The notes under the pieces were generated by a model. The model searched no databases. It saw only the letters and a program-made list of their open reading frames with translations, and was not told the DNA's origin. DNA of 64,000 bases, taken from assembly GCA_963693055.1 (NCBI GenBank), contig OY843751.1, positions 6,080,001-6,144,000 on the forward strand, in the 5' to 3' direction. Shown here piece after piece: positions 36,477 through 46,444 of the stretch. The position numbers and the translations under genes are program-made. The DNA is from a bacterium. GTDB lineage: Bacteria; Zhuqueibacterota; Zhuqueibacteria; Residuimicrobiales; Krinioviventaceae. Positions within the stretch are counted from its first letter, which is position 1, and each line of letters begins with the position of its first letter.

Positions 36477-37265
36477 ATGAAAACAAAATTATTATTTTTT
36501 CTTATCTCCTTATTTTTCGTTATTAATTTTTCTTGTCAAAAAGCAGAAACACCGGCAGAACCGCAATGGACCAGCATTTTTAACGGCAAAGACCTGACCG
36601 GCTGGAAAGTAAAGCTGAAAGGTTATGAACTGGGCGTTAACGACAAGAACACCTTTCGCGTTCAAGATGGTGTGCTCAAAGTATCGTACGATGAGTATGA
36701 AACCTTTAACGAGAATTTCGGTCATATCTTTTACAATACATACCTGAGCAATTACCGTGTACGATTTGAGTATCGTTTTGTGGGTGAGCAAACCCCCGGC
36801 GGTCCCGGTTGGGCATATCGCAATAGCGGAATCATGCTGCATGGCCAGAAACCCGAGACAATGGGTATAAATCAAAATTTTCCAGTCTCTATTGAAGCAC
36901 AATTGTTGGGCGGTAACGGCACCGATGACCGCACCACCGGTAACCTCTGTACACCCGGAACCAATGTGGTATTGGGTGGTGAATTGATACTGAACCATTG
37001 TACCAACTCCAGTTCAAAAACCTTTCATGGGGACCAGTGGGTCAAGATGGAATGCGAGGTACACGGAGCAGGGATCATTAAACATTATGTAAACGATGAG
37101 TTGGTATTGCAATATGAGCAGTCTCAATATGATCCCCGGGATGAGGACGCTAAAAAGCTCATCACAAGCGATGATTTAATGATATCCGGTGGATACTTTT
37201 CGCTGCAGGCCGAGAGCCACGGTGTCGAGTTTCGTAATATTGAGATAATGATCCTAGATGAATGA
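36477..37265 (+). CDS. DUF1080 (3-keto-disaccharide hydrolase-like) lipoprotein
   Basis: Lipobox FSC; IFNGKDLTGW, NSGI, SIEAQL, LQAESH.VEFRNI. Confidence 0.88.
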   Translation: MKTKLLFFLISLFFVINFSCQKAETPAEPQWTSIFNGKDLTGWKVKLKGYELGVNDKNTFRVQDGVLKVSYDEYETFNENFGHIFYNTYLSNYRVRFEYRFVGEQTPGGPGWAYRNSGIMLHGQKPETMGINQNFPVSIEAQLLGGNGTDDRTTGNLCTPGTNVVLGGELILNHCTNSSSKTFHGDQWVKMECEVHGAGIIKHYVNDELVLQYEQSQYDPRDEDAKKLITSDDLMISGGYFSLQAESHGVEFRNIEIMILDE

Positions 37266-37381
37266 CCCCTTATCTTTACTCTATTTATTAATAAACGATC
37301 GTGACAGAATTGAACTCTGTCACGATTGTATCTTCATACTCTCCTAATCTTACTATGTGATAAATAACAGGGATATCTAAA

Positions 37382-38629
37382 TTGAAAAAAAATATAACTT
37401 TTTTTACTGTAATTGTAATCACTTTAGGCTTATTTGACCTTATGGTTGCACAAACTGTATCAAACTCAACATTAATATCCAAAATCCAAAACCACATTCT
37501 GGTTCCGGGTGACTCGCATAAGGGACTTTGGCTCGGTCCGTCAATATTGTACAATCATAATGATCAAGCTCCCGAATTCTGCTTTTTTGTCAATGTAACA
37601 GACCGTCGCGGCGGTGATTCATCACAGGAAGAGTTGTGTTTCATCTCGCATACCCTTCCACAATATACTAATGATTTTAACGACTGGCATACATCCTGGA
37701 AAAAAACGCCTTTCCCGGAAGCATTAAAATCCCGTTCGGATAAAGAGGGATACGACTTTATACCCAGCTTTAACTGGAAGTATCACAAGGCATCCGGTAA
37801 ATGGTTGGGCATTGGTCATCTGCTTCGTCACAAAGATGGCAAGCTTTCAAAGCACCGGAAATATCTCGAGATTACCTGGTCGGTTTACGATCCCGAAACA
37901 GGCAATTTCTCCCCATGGAAATCTTTTCAGGTCGATGTAGATGGCGTGGAAAAACCCTGTGTGGGTTACGGGCAGCGTATTGATCTTGACAATGGGGATA
38001 TCATTTTGCCCCACTCTGTGATCATGACTCCTGAAATTGATAAACCCAAATACTGGTGCAGTTCAACTTTGTTGGGTTTTGATGGAAAAGAACTGACCAT
38101 CAAAAACAGAGGTGAGGTGTTTACCCACAATACCCATGACTATGGATTCGTAGAACCCAGCGGAACCCGCTATAAGGGTTTGAACTATATGACGCTCCGC
38201 GGCAATGACGGTAATGCTCATGTATGCACCAGCAAAGATGGCTTACATTGGAGTGATCCCATTCCTTGGAAATGGGATGATGGCTCTGCCATGCCCACCC
38301 GGCAAACCATGACCAAATTTGTTACTCATAATAAAGCGTTGTACCTGGTCTATACCCGCATAACTCCGGACAACCAGGATGTTTTTCGTAGTCGGGCCCC
38401 GTTGTTCATGGCCCAAATTGATCCTGAAAAACTTTGCCTGCTTCGTTCTACAGAACGTGTCATTTTCGAGAACCGTGGTTTTCCCATTGGCAATTTTAAT
38501 GTGTTTGATTACTCTCCGGATGAAACCTGGATCCGTGTAGCAGAATGGGACCGCACCGGTAAAAATATAGACTGTAACATTCTACTCGCAAGAATTATCT
38601 GGAGTGAAAAAAATACACTTTTACAATAA
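37382..38629 (+). CDS. Secreted sialidase-like/BNR beta-propeller protein
   Basis: Signal peptide; EPS, SKDGLHW Asp-box, LVYTR, RAPL. Confidence 0.65.
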   Translation: MKKNITFFTVIVITLGLFDLMVAQTVSNSTLISKIQNHILVPGDSHKGLWLGPSILYNHNDQAPEFCFFVNVTDRRGGDSSQEELCFISHTLPQYTNDFNDWHTSWKKTPFPEALKSRSDKEGYDFIPSFNWKYHKASGKWLGIGHLLRHKDGKLSKHRKYLEITWSVYDPETGNFSPWKSFQVDVDGVEKPCVGYGQRIDLDNGDIILPHSVIMTPEIDKPKYWCSSTLLGFDGKELTIKNRGEVFTHNTHDYGFVEPSGTRYKGLNYMTLRGNDGNAHVCTSKDGLHWSDPIPWKWDDGSAMPTRQTMTKFVTHNKALYLVYTRITPDNQDVFRSRAPLFMAQIDPEKLCLLRSTERVIFENRGFPIGNFNVFDYSPDETWIRVAEWDRTGKNIDCNILLARIIWSEKNTLLQ

Positions 38630-38655
38630 TAATAAATAGTTTAACAAAACTGATG

Positions 38656-39987
38656 GAGACTGTAAACTTTTTTGTGTAAATGAATAGTAGTGCTATATTT
38701 GGATTTTCATCCTGTCTTTAAATATAATAGAAAATTGAGAAACAACAAAGGCCCAGTTTCTGATGGGCTGCGACCATTTTTTAGCAATATCCCTGTAGGC
38801 CAGAAACAGCATTTTTTTCAACGCATCATCGTGGGGGAACAGAGATTTGGTTTTAGTGACTTTGCGAAGCTGCCGGTGCAGAGCCTCTACACTATTTGTG
38901 GTATAGATCATTCGCCGAATTTCTTCGGGATATTTAAAATAGTTGGACAGGTTGTCCCAGTTTTTTCTCCAGGAATTGATAACAATGGGATATTTGACCC
39001 CCCATTTTTGTTCAAGGCGATCCAGTTGCAGTTCAGCGTTTTCTTTAGTTGTGCTTTGATAAACCAGCTTCAGATCTTTGATAAATTCTTTTTGATGTTT
39101 TGATGCAACATAACGAAGCGAGTTACGGATTTGATGGATGATACAAAGCTGGACTTCAGTATCGGGAAAAATGCTGGCAATAGCATCCGGAAAGCCTTTC
39201 AGCCCATCTACGCATGCAATCAGAATATCTTCAACCCCACGGTTTCGTATATCGGTTAAAACAGACAGCCAGAAATTGGCGCCCTCGGACTGGTCGATCC
39301 AAATACCAAGTAAATCCTTAAAGCCTTCACCATTGATTCCCAGTACAGTATAGGCGGCCTTGTTTATAATACGCCCTTCGTCACGTATCTTATAGTGGAT
39401 AGCATCCAAATAAACAATAGGATAAACGCTATCCAACGGTCTTGACTGCCATTCAACGACAAGCTCGCGTACCCGTTCGGTAACATTGGAAATAAATGTT
39501 GGGGAAGCGTCCAGGCCGTAAAGTGTTTCCAGGTGGTCTTTGATGTCTCTTGTACTCAGACCTTTGGCATATAAGGCAACGATAATTTCATCTATTTTGC
39601 CCAGATCACGCTGGTGCTTTTTGACAAGTACCGGGTCAAATTCTCCATTCCGATCACGGGGGATTTTGATGTCAATTTCACCAAAATCTGTCTTCACTGT
39701 TTTGCTGCTGTGACCGTTTCTACTATTGCCACTGTTATCACCTTCTGAAGAATGTCTCTCATAGCCCAAGTGCTGGGTCATTTCAGCTTCCATAATTTGG
39801 TCTGATATGCCCTTAATCAAATTCTTGACCAGACCATTTTTGCCCAGCAGATCGTCTGCTGTCTTGCAATTTTCAAAATCTTTTTCAAGTTGTTTAATAA
39901 TTTCAGGTGTAAGTTTCATTGGTAAATTCTCCTGTATTTAATAAAATGTAATATTTGTTTTTAAAACACAAGCGAATTTACAGTCCC
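38656..39987 (-). mobile_element. IS256-family insertion sequence
   Basis: Ends GAGACTGTAAAC....TTGTGT (38656) and ACACAA....TTTACAGTCCC (39987); transposase inside; no TSD seen. Confidence 0.88.
38693..39919 (-). CDS. IS256-family (Mutator-type) DDE transposase
   Basis: NSRNG, PRDRNGEF, YLDA, CVDGLKGF, QLCIIHQIRN, YTTNSVE. Confidence 0.96.
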   Translation of the reverse strand: MKLTPEIIKQLEKDFENCKTADDLLGKNGLVKNLIKGISDQIMEAEMTQHLGYERHSSEGDNSGNSRNGHSSKTVKTDFGEIDIKIPRDRNGEFDPVLVKKHQRDLGKIDEIIVALYAKGLSTRDIKDHLETLYGLDASPTFISNVTERVRELVVEWQSRPLDSVYPIVYLDAIHYKIRDEGRIINKAAYTVLGINGEGFKDLLGIWIDQSEGANFWLSVLTDIRNRGVEDILIACVDGLKGFPDAIASIFPDTEVQLCIIHQIRNSLRYVASKHQKEFIKDLKLVYQSTTKENAELQLDRLEQKWGVKYPIVINSWRKNWDNLSNYFKYPEEIRRMIYTTNSVEALHRQLRKVTKTKSLFPHDDALKKMLFLAYRDIAKKWSQPIRNWAFVVSQFSIIFKDRMKIQI

Positions 39988-40082
39988 TTGGAAAAGTGTG
40001 TGCAAATCAAAACTCGAAATTCAATAACCCTACGGGTTATTGAACCCTTGTTCATGATTTACACAAAAATCTTTACACTTCC
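39988..40082 (+). mobile_element. Remnant downstream end of a second IS256 in opposite orientation
   Basis: Hairpin TTCAATAACCC-TAC-GGGTTATTGAA, then ATTTACACAAAAATCTTTACACTTCC, which closely matches the downstream IR of the intact element. Confidence 0.6.
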
Positions 40083-40205
40083 TTTAAGAACATTATGCTA
40101 ACGGGAATGAGATTATGGCAAGAGTACATAACTCCAAAAGTAGAGCAAAGTTAGTAAGGAAGGCATATCATTTGGGCTTTAACCAGCATCCCGTGGAAAT
40201 GAATC

Positions 40206-42179
40206 TCAATCCATCACATCAACACAATCCACAACCAGCCGACCGGTATTGCTTTCCACAACAACCGCATGATATCCAACCGGCACATCTTTTAACGTAA
40301 AAACCGGAGCAGACGTCGTTCCCGATGGAGCGTACAGATCAACGGTACCCTTTTTCTCTCCGTCAATAAAGACATTTGCACTGCCGAATTCAGGACCTTT
40401 GGGAGACCAGAGAGTGAAACCCCTGCCGTGATAATTCCATTTAATTCGTCCGTTTTTTTCAGCTTTTGAGATGGCTCCTATGCCGTACCTGAAATACGGG
40501 GATTCGTCATTTTCCCAATCGTGCATAGATTGTCCCGCGCCTAACAAGCCTTCCGTATAGAGCAGGGGCGTTACGCTTGGTTTTGCCTTGCCGGTCACTT
40601 TAAATGAGTTTACCTGCAGGTTACTGTGTTTTTCGAGCAGTAACCCGAGTTTTCCGGATTGGCTTTTCATACTATTCTGCCAAAGAAGAGTATTGTCTAA
40701 AGTTATTTTCAAAAGATCATCTTTTTGATCAATATCCAGTTGATGTTTTGTTCTTTTATCGATCAACCCGGATGCGATTTGATGCGCATTCCCGGATTCA
40801 TCAACAGAGATGACATGCCAGGAGCTATCAGAAAGTGAGAATCCGCTGTAATGGGTCATGGATAGAGGATGCACAATGGCCCCACTCTGCGGTTTATTCG
40901 GACCTAGCGGTGCGTTATGTGCCCAGAGAAATGCAGCGCTGCCGGTTAATGTAAAGGAAGTTTCGAGTCTGAAATCTTGATATTCCTTTTTTACTAGAGT
41001 TAGTGTGGGACCATCGTGACTGCTGAGGGTGAATCCCTGTATTCTGTAGGGCTGCTGCCAGGGCCGGGATGCAATATTTATAGTCCCGAGATTCTCTTTT
41101 GTGCGACTGGGAAACATGACCTGAAAAGTATTATTTTCATCTACAAAGCCGGTAAAGGTTTGGCCCCAGATGCCATGGTATTCATTGGGTACCGGCAGGG
41201 AATGCCAAACCGATCCTGCTTGCCAGAGCTCCCAGGCCTTTGGATCCATGGCTTGTTCAATCGGCACCCGCTGTATCATCTGATAATTTCGATTGTTAGC
41301 AACAGAAGTAGATGGAGCATAGATCCAACCGTCATGAACAAAGGAGGGGAAATACTCCATCAACGGAGGCTGAAAGGTGTTTCCCTCTACATGAAACAGG
41401 GGAACCGGTTCGCTGTAAGGGCCTTCCGGATTTTTAGCGGTTGAGCCCACGAGTCCCCACGCAAAATAATGCCCCGAATCGATTATGGTCAACAGCAGCC
41501 AGTCATTTTGCCGCCGGACGAGGGTTGACGCGTAAAAGCGGTCGTATTTTTGATAAATCGGGTTGTTCAAGTGCTTGCCGTTGCGAATAAGCGGTTCAGG
41601 GGTGCGGTGAAAAGGTCCCTTCGGCGTATCGCTCCACGCATAACCCACACCGGATTTGCCGTCTTTGATTGTCTTCCAATCCGCATCAATTCTGACCCAG
41701 TCATAAGCCATGTGGTAACGTCCGTTATCATAAACGACTGAAACATCAGGCGCATTTTTAACAGGGATATCATCACCATTAAAATAAAAGGGCTCTTTGG
41801 AAAAGATGGGGCCCAGAAATTCCCAGTTTTTACCGCGATCTGTTGAACGAAAGATAGTACATTGGTGTATCTTGTCCGGTCCCATACCATATCCCTGAGA
41901 GTAATTCCCGACATAGATATACCAGTTTTTGCTCACCGGGTCCTCGAAGAGGAATCCGTTTACCGGCCATTCCAGTCCGGAAACCCCGGTATAGACCGGA
42001 TTCTCCGTATTGTGCTCAAAAGTATCAAAAGAAGGATCGCCCAATACCGGATGATGCAGCCAGGACTCTCTGTTTTTGGAACGCGCGTAATTTATTTTGA
42101 GGGAATTAGGATTTTGGTTGCAGCTTGAACAAAATGTAATAATTAAGACGGAAAATACAACAAATAGTAACTGTTTCAT
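40206..42179 (-). CDS. Lipoprotein with five-bladed propeller glycosidase-like domain (GH43/32/130 clan-like) and C-terminal beta-sandwich domains
   Basis: Signal with Cys; STDRGKNW, APDV, GYAWSDTPKGPF, AKNPEGPY. Confidence 0.6.
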   Translation of the reverse strand: MKQLLFVVFSVLIITFCSSCNQNPNSLKINYARSKNRESWLHHPVLGDPSFDTFEHNTENPVYTGVSGLEWPVNGFLFEDPVSKNWYIYVGNYSQGYGMGPDKIHQCTIFRSTDRGKNWEFLGPIFSKEPFYFNGDDIPVKNAPDVSVVYDNGRYHMAYDWVRIDADWKTIKDGKSGVGYAWSDTPKGPFHRTPEPLIRNGKHLNNPIYQKYDRFYASTLVRRQNDWLLLTIIDSGHYFAWGLVGSTAKNPEGPYSEPVPLFHVEGNTFQPPLMEYFPSFVHDGWIYAPSTSVANNRNYQMIQRVPIEQAMDPKAWELWQAGSVWHSLPVPNEYHGIWGQTFTGFVDENNTFQVMFPSRTKENLGTINIASRPWQQPYRIQGFTLSSHDGPTLTLVKKEYQDFRLETSFTLTGSAAFLWAHNAPLGPNKPQSGAIVHPLSMTHYSGFSLSDSSWHVISVDESGNAHQIASGLIDKRTKHQLDIDQKDDLLKITLDNTLLWQNSMKSQSGKLGLLLEKHSNLQVNSFKVTGKAKPSVTPLLYTEGLLGAGQSMHDWENDESPYFRYGIGAISKAEKNGRIKWNYHGRGFTLWSPKGPEFGSANVFIDGEKKGTVDLYAPSGTTSAPVFTLKDVPVGYHAVVVESNTGRLVVDCVDVMD

Positions 42180-42331
42180 GGGTTTTCCCTTTTGTAGCTG
42201 GTGCGATCCATAATAATGGATGTCTGGTAACCTGCTATTATTCATATGTAATGTATTATACACTCCTGTAAAGTGAATATCAACAAGTATTTTATGCTAT
42301 TTTTTGATCATTAAATAGAGAAAAAAATCTG

Positions 42332-42359
42332 CCCACGAATAACACGAATCGTCACGGAT
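42332..42359 (+). repeat. Degenerate repeat family A, left-type arm
   Basis: CCCACGAATAACACGAATCGTCACGGAT, upstream of an AT-rich gene. Confidence 0.5.
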
Positions 42360-42481
42360 GTTTATTTGTGTCTAATTTTATAGATTGATGATATATAAAT
42401 ACTTTGTTTTTTGTTACTAAAATTTTAATTTTGGATGTGAGATAAATTTTCCAGGGAAGAAGCTAAAAGATCTTACTTAAT

Positions 42482-43495
42482 ATGGGAACGAAAATGAAAA
42501 AAATCAGTTTATCAATACTTTTATGTATTTTATTTACTAATCAACTTTTTAGTGAAAGCAATAATGTCAAAGTAGTTGATGATTATAATCCTATTAGCAG
42601 GATTATGACAAATTTAAATAAATCTCAAAAGAAAGCAGTATTTAATAATTATAATTTATACAATAAAAAGTCATTCATATTTGAAAATAATAATTTTTAT
42701 GAAATTGACCAGGATGGAAAAAAGGTTAAAATTAATCATCTTGGAAAATATAATTTTGAAAAACCAATTCATGAAAAATGGGGTAATAGAGGTGATAAGG
42801 TGATCGCCTCAGTACTTACATGGAGTAAAGGCAATAAAAGCAGAGCGATTGCAATTTTTAGTTTGGATGGTTCAATAAATACAATTTTTTCTAATGATCC
42901 AAGCTCATTTGCAACACAACCCTGTTTTTCATTTGATGATCAATTTATAGCATTTATGCAAACAAATCCCGCAACTCATCTTTCAAATATCGTCATATCA
43001 GATATAAATGAACATCAAACAATTGTTGTTGATGAGCCTCAAGCTGGTAATCCTGTTTGGTTTAACCACAGTAATAAATTATTATATAAACAATTTCAAC
43101 CATACAGCAAATCAGATAGTAGGAAAATAGTTTTATATGATTTAGAATCAAGAAGCAAAAAAGTGCTATATGAAGGTGTTGTTAAAATGTCTTATCCCTT
43201 ATTATCTCCTAATGATTCATTAATAGTTTTAAGAACAGATAAAGAATCTATAGTTATTGATATAAATGGAAACATTGTTAAAAAATTGAAAAATGTGGGT
43301 GGAACTATGAAATGGTCACCCGATAGCCAAAAAATTTCATATATCAGAGGGAGTTATACTCATGATGGTGAGATTATTCATGAATCTTTATTTTATACAG
43401 ATATTAACACAAATATTGAGGTCGAATTAACTCCTAATAAAAATCTAAATGGTAAAAAATATATGTGGATGGGGAACAGCATTATTATAGAATAA
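42482..43495 (+). CDS. Secreted TolB-like beta-propeller protein
   Basis: Signal peptide; PCFSFDDQFIAF, LSPNDS, WSPDSQKISY; very AT-rich. Confidence 0.7.
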   Translation: MGTKMKKISLSILLCILFTNQLFSESNNVKVVDDYNPISRIMTNLNKSQKKAVFNNYNLYNKKSFIFENNNFYEIDQDGKKVKINHLGKYNFEKPIHEKWGNRGDKVIASVLTWSKGNKSRAIAIFSLDGSINTIFSNDPSSFATQPCFSFDDQFIAFMQTNPATHLSNIVISDINEHQTIVVDEPQAGNPVWFNHSNKLLYKQFQPYSKSDSRKIVLYDLESRSKKVLYEGVVKMSYPLLSPNDSLIVLRTDKESIVIDINGNIVKKLKNVGGTMKWSPDSQKISYIRGSYTHDGEIIHESLFYTDINTNIEVELTPNKNLNGKKYMWMGNSIIIE

Positions 43496-43857
43496 TCTTA
43501 AATTTGTAATCCATAAATAATTCAAGTTTTTTTGAACCTGTTACCAGCCCTTATTATTGAAAAAGATTCAAGCATATTGAAAATGATCAGTACCAAGCAA
43601 AGCTGTACACTGTAAATGGGTATATAGAAAAATCTTCCCTGACACGTGCCCTACCAAAGCAAATCGTTTCTATCCTGATCAATTTTGCCGCTTTTTATAG
43701 AAAATTCAATTGCAATGGCCAAAAGGGGTTGATTTTGGCCCGTTTTGAGTGTATATTGCTATTCTTGATAGTTCCGAATTCACTCTTCTGGTAAAAATTA
43801 ATTCATCATAAATTGGTTTGTGCATGAAACGCACCAAACCTGAATCTCAAAACAGAG

Positions 43858-46434
43858 TTGATGTTTATGCCCACTATTAAACTGGATAACTGGACCCTTT
43901 CTTCAAGTGAAAATGCAGCAAAAGCAAAGATTTTTTCCACGCTGCAATATGATAATGCGAATGATTACAAAGCCCTCATGCCCGGTACGGTCATGGGCAC
44001 ACTGGTTAATGCCGGTGAATATAAAGAGCCGTTCAAAGGCACCAATCTCAAAGAGATCCCCAAAGACCGGTTTCAAACCTCCTGGTGGTACCGCACCGTT
44101 TTTGATCTGACAAAAGAGCAGGCTGGTAAAACCGTAACCCTGACCTTTGAAGGCATTAACCATAGTGCAAATATCTGGCTGAATGGAGAATGCATTGCCA
44201 CCAAAGAACAAGTTTATGGCACCTATCGTCAGTTCACCTTTGATGTCAGCAAACAAGCCGTATCCGGTAGTAATGTGCTGGCGGTTGAAGTGTTTAAACC
44301 CCAACCCGGCGATTACGCAATCGGGTATGTGGACTGGAACCCCTATGCTCCGGATGACAATATGGGTCTGTTTCGCCCGGTTATTCTAAAAACCTGCGAC
44401 CGTGTTGCAATCGACCATCCTTTTGTAGAGACTGTATTCCCAAGAGAGGATTTCAGTGTAGCGGAATTGACCGTTAATGCCGAGCTGACCAATTACGTAG
44501 ACGCTCCGGTAAGCGGCACACTCAATGGTCGTATTGAAGACAAAACCTTTAGCCAGGATGTTACCTTAAAAGCCGGGGAAAACCTTTTTTGGTCCCTCAA
44601 GGCAAACGTTTGTCCTGAATTGGTGATCGAGAATCCCCGTGTGTGGAACCCGGTAAACCTTGGCGAACCCCATCTTTATGATCTGGAGCTTGAATTTATT
44701 ATTGATAATCAAATTGCCGATCAAAATAAAAGCCGTTTTGGAATCCGGACCGTTAAAGATTATGTGAACGAGGGTGGGCACCGAGGTTACAAGGTTAACG
44801 GACAAAAAGTGTTGATCCGTTCCGGTGGCTGGGCTGACGAGCTGTTTTTAATGGAGACAGATGAAAACCTTGAAACCCAGATCGAATATGTTAAACACAT
44901 GAACCTGAACTCGATCCGTCTGGAAGGATTTTGGGGCAAAGATCATAAAATATATGACCTCTGCGATGAAAACGGCATCCTGATGATGGTGGGATGGAGT
45001 TGTCATTGGGAGCATGAACAATATCTCGGTAAACCGGTTGACAACCGCTATGGTGGTCCCGTATCCAAAGAAGATATTGCGTTGATTGCGGAATCGTGGC
45101 AGCACCAAATGCTGTGGCTGCGTCACCATCCATCCATATTTGTATGGGCAGTGGCCAGCGATAAAAATCCGCATCCCGATCTTGAACGCGAATATGTAAA
45201 GATTTTTGAAAAGTATGACACCACAAGACCCTATCTCAACTCTACCGGCGGGTATGGAAGTGAGCAGGGTATTATAACCGATCACGAGATTGTCAGTGAG
45301 ATCAGTGGATCGTCACGTGTGAAAATGCTGGGGCCCTATGCCTACACGCCCCCGGTATACTGGTATACCGATACCAAACTTGGCGGCGCCTATGGATTCA
45401 ACACCGAGACCGGTCCCGGAGAACAACCGCCGGTCTTGAAATCTCTAAAAGAGATGCTGCCGGAAGAACATAGATGGCCCATTGATGAGGTGTGGGAATT
45501 CCATTGCGGTTTGAACGAGTTCCGTCATCTGGACCGCTTTAATCGTGCCATGGAACATCGTTTTGGCAAGCCCGATAGTCTGGAATCCTTTTCCATGCGT
45601 GCACAGCTTTTGAATTACGAGCTGCAACGCCCAATGTTTGAAGCGTTTCAGGCCAACAAGGGCAGGGCAACCGGTGTAGTACAATGGATGCTGAATGCTG
45701 CCTGGCCCAAACTGTACTGGCAATTGTACGACCATGCTTTACGTCCCAATGCAGCATACTATTCAACCCGACTGGGCTGCCGTCCTTTGAATGCAATTTA
45801 TCATTACGGAGAGCATGCGGTTTATGGCATCAATGATTTTTTGTCAGAAAAACCTGTAACCGTGACAGTCAAGGTGTACGATTTAAATGCTAACGGTCTG
45901 TTTGAAAAAACAATTACGCAAACACTAGATGCAGACAGCTCGGAAAAATTGCTGGATTTGCCAACTTTTGATGAACCGGTAGTGCTGTTGGATCTGAGAG
46001 TCCTGGAAGTGGATGGTCAGGTAATGGCGCCCAATATGTACTGGTTATCATCCAAACCCGATGTTCTGGATTATGATACCAAAGATGGTCTGTGGTCTTT
46101 TTACACTGCAAGTAAGGAATTTGCAGATTACAAGGCTTTGAATGACTTGCCCGAAACGGAGATCAGTATAAAGGCCGGATATGATGATAAAAGCCGTCAG
46201 GTAAACATTGTATTGGAAAACAAGGGTAATGATATTGCTTTTTTCATGGAGATGGAAATTACAGGCAGTAAAGATGAAGAAATAATGCCGGTATTCTGGT
46301 TAGATAATTATATAACTGTAATGCCCAAAGAAAAAAGGGTTATTACAGCAACACTTGGAAAAGATGTAAATAGTATACCTGGTAAGTTAAGCATAACTGG
46401 TTGGAATGTTAAAGAAATTACATATCAATTATAA
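43858..46434 (+). CDS. GH2 exo-beta-D-glucosaminidase/beta-mannosidase-like (CsxA-like), no signal peptide
   Basis: VDWNP.APD.NMG, NSIRLEG, RHHPSIFVW..ASD, KMLGPY, FNTETGPG, WMLNAAWP. Confidence 0.85.
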   Translation: MMFMPTIKLDNWTLSSSENAAKAKIFSTLQYDNANDYKALMPGTVMGTLVNAGEYKEPFKGTNLKEIPKDRFQTSWWYRTVFDLTKEQAGKTVTLTFEGINHSANIWLNGECIATKEQVYGTYRQFTFDVSKQAVSGSNVLAVEVFKPQPGDYAIGYVDWNPYAPDDNMGLFRPVILKTCDRVAIDHPFVETVFPREDFSVAELTVNAELTNYVDAPVSGTLNGRIEDKTFSQDVTLKAGENLFWSLKANVCPELVIENPRVWNPVNLGEPHLYDLELEFIIDNQIADQNKSRFGIRTVKDYVNEGGHRGYKVNGQKVLIRSGGWADELFLMETDENLETQIEYVKHMNLNSIRLEGFWGKDHKIYDLCDENGILMMVGWSCHWEHEQYLGKPVDNRYGGPVSKEDIALIAESWQHQMLWLRHHPSIFVWAVASDKNPHPDLEREYVKIFEKYDTTRPYLNSTGGYGSEQGIITDHEIVSEISGSSRVKMLGPYAYTPPVYWYTDTKLGGAYGFNTETGPGEQPPVLKSLKEMLPEEHRWPIDEVWEFHCGLNEFRHLDRFNRAMEHRFGKPDSLESFSMRAQLLNYELQRPMFEAFQANKGRATGVVQWMLNAAWPKLYWQLYDHALRPNAAYYSTRLGCRPLNAIYHYGEHAVYGINDFLSEKPVTVTVKVYDLNANGLFEKTITQTLDADSSEKLLDLPTFDEPVVLLDLRVLEVDGQVMAPNMYWLSSKPDVLDYDTKDGLWSFYTASKEFADYKALNDLPETEISIKAGYDDKSRQVNIVLENKGNDIAFFMEMEITGSKDEEIMPVFWLDNYITVMPKEKRVITATLGKDVNSIPGKLSITGWNVKEITYQL

Positions 46435-46444
46435 GGAGCACGAT

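Noticed and set aside
40095-40156. Possible integron attC (GCTAAC...GTTAGT with inner GAGATTATG/CATAACTC pairing)
   Set aside because: Spacers are very asymmetric (6 versus about 15 nt), it is a single instance, and no integrase or cassette ORF is in the proper position
40115-40300. 61-aa ORF beside IS256
   Set aside because: Overlaps the 3' end of the convergent gene, with no motif or clear RBS
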